Shown here: in pieces, positions 42,186-49,929 of the stretch
Numbering within the stretch: the first letter of the stretch is position 1
Layout of the letters: every line of letters starts with the position of its first letter
NCBI GenBank assembly: GCA_964519665.1
Contig: CAZFIV010000020.1
Location: 9,268 to 73,267, forward strand
Source: an uncultured Myxococcales bacterium
GTDB lineage: Bacteria > Myxococcota > Kuafuiibacteriia > Kuafuiibacteriales > Kuafuiibacteriaceae
Direction: 5' to 3'
Length of the DNA stretch: 64,000 nucleotides
The notes under the pieces: generated by a model
Database searches by the model: none
What the model saw: only the letters and a program-made list of their open reading frames with translations
Told to the model about the DNA's origin: nothing
Translations under genes and position numbers: made by a program

Positions 42186-42385
42186 GTGCGTAGGCTAACT
42201 TGCTCGGCGCTTCGTTTCATCCCTTGTGTCTTGACGACGAATCGACGGCTCGGTACGTCCGCACCCTATGGTTGACCCGTCCGCAGCGACCTGGCTTGGC
42301 CAACTCCTCGAACCGGACGTTCTTCCGGTTTGGTTGATGGCTTCCGCCATCGTTCTTCTGACCGGGCTAACGGTGCGTCAGGCGC

Positions 42386-43120
42386 TCAGGGATCGTTCGA
42401 ACCGAGGCGAAATGCGGGATCGATAGACTCGACCGGGGTGCCGTCCGGGTTCACTCGCTGGGGATTGGTATCGCGGAACTCGGGCTCGGGTACGGGGCCT
42501 GCCGGTTCGCGAACCTTCTCGAAAAGCATACGATAGACGGGCTCGCTTTCCGACTGATGGTGCTGTTCCCACTCGGTGCGTTCGGGAAACGGGCTGGGTA
42601 CCTCCATATCGGTTCCGAGCTTCGATACCAGCGCGGCCTCTTGGTCGAGGAACATGTACATCTCTTCAGCGAGCGGACGAATGTCTGACTGAGCAAAGAC
42701 TTCGCCTCCGAGGGGAAGCGCCAGAGCCATCTCGCGGACCAGCTGGGGTTGGAGAATCCGGCGCTTCCAATGCCGCTTCTTGAAGCAAGGGTCGGGAAAC
42801 ATGATGAAAAACCGGGCCACGCTACCCGGTGGCTGGTCGCTCAGGTTCATGTTCGCATTGGCGTAGAAAAACCGGAGATTCTTCAGGCCGTGGGCCTCGG
42901 CGCGTCGGTTGTTATCGTCGACGAGCGGCTTTCGGATCTCGAGGCCGGCAAAGTCGCGGTCGGGATGCGCGAGCGCACGAGCAAACAGAAAGCCCCCACC
43001 CCCGCATCCGAGGTCCATTTCGAGCGGAGCAACGCGCCCGTACAGCTCCTGACGATCGAGTGGGCCGAGGTGAGTGACGACCGTGAAAGGATTGGCGTGC
43101 TTACGGATCCGGCGCGACAT
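42386..43120 (-). CDS. trmB: tRNA (guanine-N7)-methyltransferase
   Basis: RIRKHANP, DLGCGGG, GLEIR, FPDPCFKKRHWKRR, TEWE. Confidence 0.93.
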   Translation of the reverse strand: MSRRIRKHANPFTVVTHLGPLDRQELYGRVAPLEMDLGCGGGGFLFARALAHPDRDFAGLEIRKPLVDDNNRRAEAHGLKNLRFFYANANMNLSDQPPGSVARFFIMFPDPCFKKRHWKRRILQPQLVREMALALPLGGEVFAQSDIRPLAEEMYMFLDQEAALVSKLGTDMEVPSPFPERTEWEQHHQSESEPVYRMLFEKVREPAGPVPEPEFRDTNPQRVNPDGTPVESIDPAFRLGSNDP

Positions 43121-44123
43121 CTTGGTCCCGAGGTGAAAACGAAATCACATCTTGAATGCAGTCCAGGCCCAAGCACAACATCAATAGCCGATCGAAACCC
43201 AGGGCGATACCTGCGGCTTCGCAGATGTGACCGAGATCCTCGAGCAGCCCCTCGTCGATCGGATAGACATCCCGCCCGAGTCGTCGGCGCATCGCGATGT
43301 CGGCCTGGAACCGTTTTCGCTGCTCGTCGGGGTCGGTCAGTTCGCCGAAAGCATTCGCGAGCTCGAGGCTACCGACGTACACCTCGAAGCGTTCGGCGAC
43401 CCGGGGGTCATCCGGGCTGAGCCTCGCCAGGGCGGCCATCGAGGCCGGAAATCCGTACATGATGACCACCTGGTCGGGCGGAAAACTCGGTTCCACATGT
43501 TCCAGGAACGCGCGGTGCCACACGTCTTCCCAGTCGTCGTCGTCGGCGCTGCGAACGGCCATTGCCGCCCGCAGACCCTCCGTTTCGGGGTAGTCGAGCG
43601 GATTGGGCAGGCCAGCCTGCACGAACGCCTCGGACGCCGACCATCGAGTGAAGCCCTTGGGGCGCCACGGTCCGTCGACCTCCTCGGCCACGGTTCGCAG
43701 GAGGCACTCGACGTCATCCATGAGCTCGGATAGCAGCCCCGGCTGCCGATACCATTCCAACATCGTAAACTCGGGCGCGTGGGTCTTCGAGCGTTCACCG
43801 TTTCTAAACACCCGAGCGAGTTGATAGATGTGGCCGAGGCCGCGTCCGAGCATTCGCTTCATCGCGTATTCCGGAGACGTATGGAGAAATAGGGGGGTCC
43901 GGCTGCGGTCCGGTCCAACCTCGACGGTTGCAAACGCCTCCAGGTGCGGCTCGAGGCCCGGTGACACGACTGCGATCGGCGTATCGACTTCCAGAAAGCC
44001 GCGCCGATCCAAGAACGTCCGCACGGCGTCGCTCAGGCGTTTGCGAGCCTCGAGAACGAAGCGCGGGGGGACGTGATTTCGGTCGACGGTGCGTTCAGCG
44101 GTCGGCGAATCTGCATTCGGCAT
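43101..44123 (-). CDS. epmA: EF-P lysine aminoacylase EpmA/GenX
   Basis: LHTSPEYAMKRML, FRNGE, HAPEFTMLEWY, ELANAFGELTD, GIALGFDRL; no anticodon-binding domain. Confidence 0.93.
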   Translation of the reverse strand: MPNADSPTAERTVDRNHVPPRFVLEARKRLSDAVRTFLDRRGFLEVDTPIAVVSPGLEPHLEAFATVEVGPDRSRTPLFLHTSPEYAMKRMLGRGLGHIYQLARVFRNGERSKTHAPEFTMLEWYRQPGLLSELMDDVECLLRTVAEEVDGPWRPKGFTRWSASEAFVQAGLPNPLDYPETEGLRAAMAVRSADDDDWEDVWHRAFLEHVEPSFPPDQVVIMYGFPASMAALARLSPDDPRVAERFEVYVGSLELANAFGELTDPDEQRKRFQADIAMRRRLGRDVYPIDEGLLEDLGHICEAAGIALGFDRLLMLCLGLDCIQDVISFSPRDQDVAPDP

Positions 44124-44132
44124 CGTCGGGCC

Positions 44133-45461
44133 CTACGCGTCGGCCTTGGCCCTATTCGCGAATTGAACCCGTACGAACCCTCGTCGCCGGGGAACGCTGG
44201 GCCAAAGCAGTTGGGTCACCCCGACCGCCAGTGGTGTGAGTGCCGCCAGCCGGCCGAGGCCGTCGAGAGCCATCAGCCAATACGCGGCAACCAAAATGGC
44301 GTAGAACGCCCAAAGATTGGGCCAGGGCGACTCTCCCTGCGCTTCGCGCGCCCTGCCGCGAGCCACGAGCCAGCGCAGGAACCACGACTCGGGCGTGAAC
44401 AACAGCGGCGTCATGCCGAGCAGCAAGCACAGCACGATATCGACCAGGCCCCCTCGAGCTCCCCAGCCAGGAATACGCGGAGCGTCCGTACCGGCAAAGG
44501 CATGCTCCCGCCAGATCTCGTCGCCGTGGCGGAATCGATGACGAACGAGCTGCGGGGTTGGAGGGAGCCGCAGGTCGAGGTCGTGGGCAAGGATGGTTGC
44601 CAGGGCATCGCGTGGTTCCACTTGTCGACTGAACACCGCGCAATAGTGTCCGGTTCGCTCCTCCGCCGGGTCCCACGGGCGGTCGGCCCAAGTTTGAGGA
44701 AAGTCCGCCGATCCGAGGGGGCGAGCGGCGAGGGTCCAGATATCGAACGAGGGGTCCTCGGCGAGTCGCTGAGGTTGTCGAAGCAGGGGCAGAAGCGGCT
44801 GGTCACTCGGGAAGCGGAACATGACCGGAACGGTAGCCCCCCGCTGGGTGGCCCTCGGCTCCCGGTCCTCGACATGCAACGCCACCAGGACCCAGCCTCG
44901 GTTGAGGTGACCGGCGATCGACGACTTGAGCCTCTCCGACACTGGGTACCGACCGCGCGCCAACCACTTGCGCATGCGCTCCGGCAGGACCATCCGTCCG
45001 GTGATGGTGGATGTCTGAACCTGGCCGTCGAAGACTTCGTACTCTGAGATCGCGAGGCGAGGGACCGGCGGCGACTCGGGCCTAGCGGGGCGCGTTTCGA
45101 TAACCTCGCGCATCAACCACGACACGCTGCTCGGGCCAAACAGGTCGTTGCGAATATCGAAGTTGTAGGGGGCGGGGACGGTCGTTTCTTGCTCGAGCCC
45201 CCGAAACGTCAAATCCGGCTTCACCAGAATGTTGGGCCGGACCGGAAACGGTTTTAGCCAAACGAACCGGCTTCCGCTGCTCTGCACCTCGACCGACTCG
45301 ACCAAAGTTGTCGTCGGCGGCTGGAAACTGATGACCGCGTGGAAGTGAACGGGGCGGACATTGGCGTCCACCTCACTGAGGAAGACGGCACCGTAGGTTG
45401 GCGTCGCGACCGCCACCATGCTCAGTGTGATTCCGGCCAATCCAAAACCCCAGGTCTTCAT
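44133..45461 (-). CDS. Exported protein with C-terminal TM helices, DUF2330-like
   Basis: Signal peptide, FVWLKPFP, WLARGRY...GWVLVAL...PVMFRFPSDQPLLPL; hydrophobic C-terminus. Confidence 0.55.
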   Translation of the reverse strand: MKTWGFGLAGITLSMVAVATPTYGAVFLSEVDANVRPVHFHAVISFQPPTTTLVESVEVQSSGSRFVWLKPFPVRPNILVKPDLTFRGLEQETTVPAPYNFDIRNDLFGPSSVSWLMREVIETRPARPESPPVPRLAISEYEVFDGQVQTSTITGRMVLPERMRKWLARGRYPVSERLKSSIAGHLNRGWVLVALHVEDREPRATQRGATVPVMFRFPSDQPLLPLLRQPQRLAEDPSFDIWTLAARPLGSADFPQTWADRPWDPAEERTGHYCAVFSRQVEPRDALATILAHDLDLRLPPTPQLVRHRFRHGDEIWREHAFAGTDAPRIPGWGARGGLVDIVLCLLLGMTPLLFTPESWFLRWLVARGRAREAQGESPWPNLWAFYAILVAAYWLMALDGLGRLAALTPLAVGVTQLLWPSVPRRRGFVRVQFANRAKADA

Positions 45462-45605
45462 GGACTTGCGGAGACTAGCTCGAAAGAAATGGAACGAGAA
45501 CTCGAGCAGGGCGAGGTCGAACCGGCATGCGAAGCGCAAGGCCGCTTCCACCGCGAGCGTCGCGTCCGATGATTGATGAGGCGAGGAGATCGCGACAAAG
45601 TCGGA

Positions 45606-45652
45606 AAGCAGTATACGTCTTGTAGGACGCCATCGTTAAGCAGTATACTGCT
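45606..45652 (+). promoter_or_regulatory. Operator/promoter of the BzdR-like gene: 14-bp palindrome AGCAGTATACTGCT plus an upstream copy of AAGCAGTATAC
   Basis: Palindrome at 45639-45652 contains -10 TATACT (45644-45649); TTGTAG at 45620; AAGCAGTATAC at 45606 and 45638. Confidence 0.65.
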
Positions 45653-45655
45653 GCC

Positions 45656-46438
45656 GTGGACTCGTTGGAGCCGCTCGGTAAGGCCATTCGCCGGGCTCGC
45701 CTCGACGCCGGGCTGACCATCAAGATGCTCGCGTCGCGATGCGGGCTGTCCCCTCGCTTCCTTTCCGATCTCGAAAAAGGCCGGGGCAACATTTCCATCG
45801 GGCGCCTGTGGGCTGTGGGGCGTGCGTTAGACCGACCATTGGCGGAGCTGGTGACACCTCTAGATTTGGCCGCCCAGGCGCGTCGCCGGCGGGCACCCGT
45901 GTCGCTGGTCGGTGTGCGGGGGGCGGGGAAGAGCACCATTGGCCGCCGGGTGTCGGAGCGCCTGAAGCTACCGTTCTTCGAGCTCGACGCTCACATTGAG
46001 GCCGCCGCCGGTCTCCCGCTCGGGCAGCTGTTCGAGATCCACGGCGAGACCTACTACCGACGGCTGGAGCGGGAGGCGCTCAACCGTTTTCTCTCGGAGG
46101 AGAGGGAGGGTGCCGTCCTGGCTACCGGGGGTGGGATCGTGACCGATCCGGATACCTGGTCGACCCTTCGAGAAAGCACCCTCACGGTGTGGCTTCGAGC
46201 GGACCCCGAGGACCATTACCGGCGCGTGATGGAGCAAGGCGACCTTCGCCCGATGAAGAACCGGCCTGGCGCCATGGCTGAGCTTCGCGTGCTCCTGGCG
46301 AAGCGGGCGCCGCTGTACGCTCAGGCTCAGGTCGTCGTCGAAACCTCGCAACTCGGGCTCGACGGCGCCGTCGAAGCGGTTTGCCGAGCGGTCGAGGCTC
46401 TTCCACCAGAACCCGACACCTCTGCTGAGTATCGGTAG
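45656..46438 (+). CDS. BzdR/BoxR-like regulator (XRE HTH fused to a shikimate-kinase-like domain)
   Basis: N-terminal HTH (LSPRFLSDLEKGRGNISI), then GVRGAGKSTIG, ATGGGIV, RVMEQGDLRPM. Confidence 0.88.
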   Translation: MDSLEPLGKAIRRARLDAGLTIKMLASRCGLSPRFLSDLEKGRGNISIGRLWAVGRALDRPLAELVTPLDLAAQARRRRAPVSLVGVRGAGKSTIGRRVSERLKLPFFELDAHIEAAAGLPLGQLFEIHGETYYRRLEREALNRFLSEEREGAVLATGGGIVTDPDTWSTLRESTLTVWLRADPEDHYRRVMEQGDLRPMKNRPGAMAELRVLLAKRAPLYAQAQVVVETSQLGLDGAVEAVCRAVEALPPEPDTSAEYR

Positions 46439-46563
46439 GCAGCCTACATCCCGGGGAGCGCCACGACTTTTCTTCGCAACGGAAGAATCCAACCGTCGAA
46501 GATCCAAACGTACCCTTAGCCCGGCCGCCACGGATGGCGCGACCGGCTTCAAGGACGTAAGGC

Positions 46564-46965
46564 ATGAACAAAGTCGCAGGAACCAACACCTCTCCGATCG
46601 GCGTCAGCCAGGGACAAGGCTCGATCGGGAACCCCGACCAGTCCGACCAGATCCGAAAGCTGGTCGAGCAGCTCATGAAGCTCGTGCCGATGCTCGAGCA
46701 GGCGCTGAAGGGCCAGGATCAGTGCAGCGATGGCCAGTGCGGCAACGGCGGGGGAACGCCGCCAACAGCTTCCCAGGGTGGCTCGCCAGGCATTGGCGAC
46801 CAGTTCGGTATGCTCGAGGAGCTTCTGAGAAAGCTCGGCAAGTTTGACAACCGATCGATTCAAGACGCCGTGGCCGGGATTCCGGGCGCTCAACAGGCCA
46901 TCATGACGGGGGCGAACCTGAACTCCGCAGGCACTGTTGCGGGAATGCCCGCTGGGTTCGCTTGA
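46564..46965 (+). CDS. Gly/Gln-rich hypothetical protein, harpin-like composition
   Basis: AAGGA RBS; amphipathic IRKLVEQLMKLVPMLEQAL and MLEELLRKL helices separated by G/S/Q linkers. Confidence 0.65.
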   Translation: MNKVAGTNTSPIGVSQGQGSIGNPDQSDQIRKLVEQLMKLVPMLEQALKGQDQCSDGQCGNGGGTPPTASQGGSPGIGDQFGMLEELLRKLGKFDNRSIQDAVAGIPGAQQAIMTGANLNSAGTVAGMPAGFA

Positions 46966-47021
46966 TCCGCCGAGCCATTCTACGCCCGCATTGAACCGAT
47001 CGAGCCGACCATCAGGGCCCT

Positions 47022-48101
47022 TCACCCAACCCGGAGCGCAGTTGGCGGCAGGATGCCCGCAACGCACTCCTTGAAGGTCGAGGACGGGCTTCCGGCCTCG
47101 CCGGTGACCATCATCGTGAGCCAAGCCCCGTGGCTCCCGTCCGGGCGTCCCCCGAGGCCCCCGACCTCCGTCCGGGTCCAGCGCACTCGAAAGTCTCGGG
47201 GATGACGCCGCCAGCGGGCCTTGACTGCAGCGACGACCGCCTCAGCCGAAGCTCCGCCAGGAGCGTCCACCGGATGCGTCGAGCCCACGACCGTCGCCAG
47301 GCGGCTGAAATACGGACCTTCGCCAGCGATCTGGGCCACGAGAGCATCTAGCGTGGTTACTTTGGTGCCGATGTGGAGGGTGCTCAGCGTCGAGTTGCGC
47401 AGGGCAGCAAGGGTGCCGGCTTGTCCGAGTGCCAAGGCGAAGACGAAGCGATGGCCGAGGCGAACGTGGGTCCGTTCGTCGAGCGTAGCGCGAACGCCGG
47501 CTTGCCACGCGAGGTCGATCGCTAAGAAAGGCATGCTCAAGACCGCCCAACGTCCATCTCGTGGGCCAAGGGCGACCGAACAGCGGAATTTTGAGGTTGG
47601 GTCGGGTCCGCTAAGGTCGGCGCAAACGATCAGTGAAGTCTCCGCAGCGAGCTCGACCAGAAGCGCGTCACCGACCCCTCCGGGCAGAATGCTGCGAACG
47701 CTGGCCCGGGTGTACCCTCGAACAGCCGAAACTTGACGGGGACCGACTTCCAGTCGGACTCGTTCCGAGAGAAGAACTTCGGTCGGTATCCATCCCAACC
47801 GGTGGTTGGGGTGAGCGACCCACGTGTCTTCCCCTAGCCAAGGCGAGACGGGTCGGTCGCGGGTGAGCGCGTCCAAGAACGCCGCGGCGGTGCGGTGGGC
47901 CTCGATCAGGTCCAGCCGGCTGCCTGCGACGGGGCTCCAGCCTGAGACCCGTGCGACGGGCACGAAGGCATCCGCTGACAGGGCGCTGAGCCACGGTCCG
48001 AGCCATCGGTAGAGTTTGGACCGTGAGGCTTCGAGTACGCCGTCAAACGACTGGGTTTCATGGGCCGTCGCCGGTGCGAGCCAGTCGATGACCGACCCCA
48101 T
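47022..48101 (-). CDS. Hypothetical protein
   Basis: Longest ORF filling the interval; no recognised motif. Confidence 0.55.
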   Translation of the reverse strand: MGSVIDWLAPATAHETQSFDGVLEASRSKLYRWLGPWLSALSADAFVPVARVSGWSPVAGSRLDLIEAHRTAAAFLDALTRDRPVSPWLGEDTWVAHPNHRLGWIPTEVLLSERVRLEVGPRQVSAVRGYTRASVRSILPGGVGDALLVELAAETSLIVCADLSGPDPTSKFRCSVALGPRDGRWAVLSMPFLAIDLAWQAGVRATLDERTHVRLGHRFVFALALGQAGTLAALRNSTLSTLHIGTKVTTLDALVAQIAGEGPYFSRLATVVGSTHPVDAPGGASAEAVVAAVKARWRRHPRDFRVRWTRTEVGGLGGRPDGSHGAWLTMMVTGEAGSPSSTFKECVAGILPPTALRVG

Positions 48102-48189
48102 GGAGGAAGGTTGACAGCCTCGACCGGCCTGGTAAAGGTCCTCGACCTCGCCCGCCTGAGATAGGCCGGCTCAAAGGAGTCTCTGACCG

Positions 48190-48549
48190 ATGTCCAATCT
48201 GTCCGACTTTCTGCAAGAAAACGAGATAGAACCCGAAGCCGTCGTCGACCGTTCCAAAGTCCTCGAAACGCGCGACGCTGCCGAGAGAGAAAAAAGCGTG
48301 AAGCGTGCGGCAGCTCGACGCGCCAAAAAGTCGTATGAAGAGCTCAGCATTGAAAAGCCGCAAGGTCTGGGCCGCGGGGTCAGCATGCGGACCCTGCGCG
48401 ACGCGCTCGAAGGCAACAAGGTTCCGCGGCTTGGTCGCAAGAAGATAACGCGAGCAGTCAACTCGCTCCTGGCGTCCCAAAGTAAAGACGAGATCGATTT
48501 TCGGGCTCTGTTCGCGGACGTAGGTTCTCGTAAGGGCAAAGGCAAGTAA
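48190..48549 (+). CDS. Small basic hypothetical protein
   Basis: AAGGAG RBS; TTGACA at 48111 upstream; K/R-rich. Confidence 0.75.
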   Translation: MSNLSDFLQENEIEPEAVVDRSKVLETRDAAEREKSVKRAAARRAKKSYEELSIEKPQGLGRGVSMRTLRDALEGNKVPRLGRKKITRAVNSLLASQSKDEIDFRALFADVGSRKGKGK

Positions 48550-48614
48550 GGCCGCCGATACGAGCGAGGCTCTGGAAGGTTGCCTTGCCTGCAGGCTGGG
48601 CCCATAGTCGCAAC

Positions 48615-49130
48615 ATGGGCGACGATCGGCCGAAACGGAGTTGGCGGGAAATCGACCAGTCGCGAGAGAAGGCGCGTCCGCGAAGAGACGAGCGCGAGCG
48701 CTCGCGGGAACGGGTCAGCAACTCGTCTTCGTACAACCGCTACAAGGCCCAGCTCAACGACCTCTTCAAACCCGGGGGCTCGGACCTTCCGGACCACATT
48801 CGAGCTCAGCTGGGACCTGTGAGCGACGAGTCGAAGGAGCGCCGAGCGCTTCTCGACGCGCTCCGAAGCGAGCCCTCCGAGCCAACGCTCCGCGCCTATC
48901 TCGAGTCCGACCAGCCGCTCCCCGATGACGCGCGGCTGCTGATGAGCTTGCTGGCGATTCGGGATGAAGAGCTGATCCGTCCTGTCCTCCAGAAACTCCT
49001 CGATGTGGTCGAATCCGGGAAGCGCCCCAACCGGATGCTCTTGATTCAGCGGCTGGAGGCGCTCCAGAACTTCGCGGAGCAGTCGGAGACGATCGACCTG
49101 GTCAGGATGCTCCGGGCCGCCCTCGACTGA
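48615..49130 (+). CDS. Hypothetical helical protein
   Basis: MGDDRPKRSWREID...; protein-like helical composition. Confidence 0.7.
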   Translation: MGDDRPKRSWREIDQSREKARPRRDERERSRERVSNSSSYNRYKAQLNDLFKPGGSDLPDHIRAQLGPVSDESKERRALLDALRSEPSEPTLRAYLESDQPLPDDARLLMSLLAIRDEELIRPVLQKLLDVVESGKRPNRMLLIQRLEALQNFAEQSETIDLVRMLRAALD

Positions 49131-49189
49131 GCGGTCCGCGCCTGTCCAACTACAGCCGCCTCGCTGGGCGACTGATCACAGGGAGTGCC

Positions 49190-49771
49190 ATGACCGATAA
49201 GCCGACATCCGACGTGGCGGGGTTCTGGGCCTGGTTCGAGGCCGAGGCCGATAACCTGGCCGAAGTCGTGCGCGGTCAGCGCCAGGGCGAGATCACTGCG
49301 ATGATGGACCAAGCCTTCCTGCGCTTCGGTCTGCCCGTGACCTACGAGATCAGCGGGAGCGCCGAGGGCCCCGAGTTGGTATTGACCGCCGAGGGCGACG
49401 TCGAGTGGGCCTCATTCCTCAAAACGATGGTCGCCGACGCTCCGGCGACGTGCTGGACGATCTACGGGCTACGACCTCGACGTCCGCTCGAAGAAGCGAT
49501 TCGCATCGTGCGGGTCGTGCACGGCGTTGACCTCGGCGAAGCTCGATTTCAGGCGCGCGTGGTCGACGGGCGGTTTCATCTGCGGTTTCTGGACGACGTG
49601 CTCTTCCGAATGGACGACCGTCGGCGCTCCGCAGTCGCGGCACTGTTTCTCGACTACGCGCTCGGAGAAGAGGTGGCCACCCGGACCGTGGGGGGGCTGG
49701 ATTTCCAGCCGTCCGGCGACGGTATCGCGATGGGTCTCATGGTCAACGAACTGATTCGTAACGCGAACTAG
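49190..49771 (+). CDS. Hypothetical protein
   Basis: GGGAG RBS; FWAWF...ELVLTAEG...LDYALGE pattern. Confidence 0.7.
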   Translation: MTDKPTSDVAGFWAWFEAEADNLAEVVRGQRQGEITAMMDQAFLRFGLPVTYEISGSAEGPELVLTAEGDVEWASFLKTMVADAPATCWTIYGLRPRRPLEEAIRIVRVVHGVDLGEARFQARVVDGRFHLRFLDDVLFRMDDRRRSAVAALFLDYALGEEVATRTVGGLDFQPSGDGIAMGLMVNELIRNAN

Positions 49772-49929
49772 TGCGCCGGTTCCGACAGATGGGGTCGGGC
49801 GCACTCGACCGCACTAAGCATTGAGCGAGCCGAAGACGGTTTGGCGGCAGGCGCGACAGAGGGCACCGAGAACGGCTTCAGATGTCGGACCCGCTGACAA
49901 GGCCCAGCCCGAGCGCATCTCGATTGTGG

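Noticed and set aside
43101-44123. Truncated lysyl-tRNA synthetase pseudogene
   Set aside because: The catalytic-domain-only architecture with TSPE and PEFTMLEWY is normal EpmA.
45656-46438. aroK shikimate kinase
   Set aside because: The N-terminal XRE HTH fusion indicates a BzdR/BoxR-type regulator.
49770-49805. Intrinsic terminator (AGTGCGCC...GGCGCACT) between convergent genes
   Set aside because: An 8-bp stem with a long interrupted loop and no U-tract; too weak to call.
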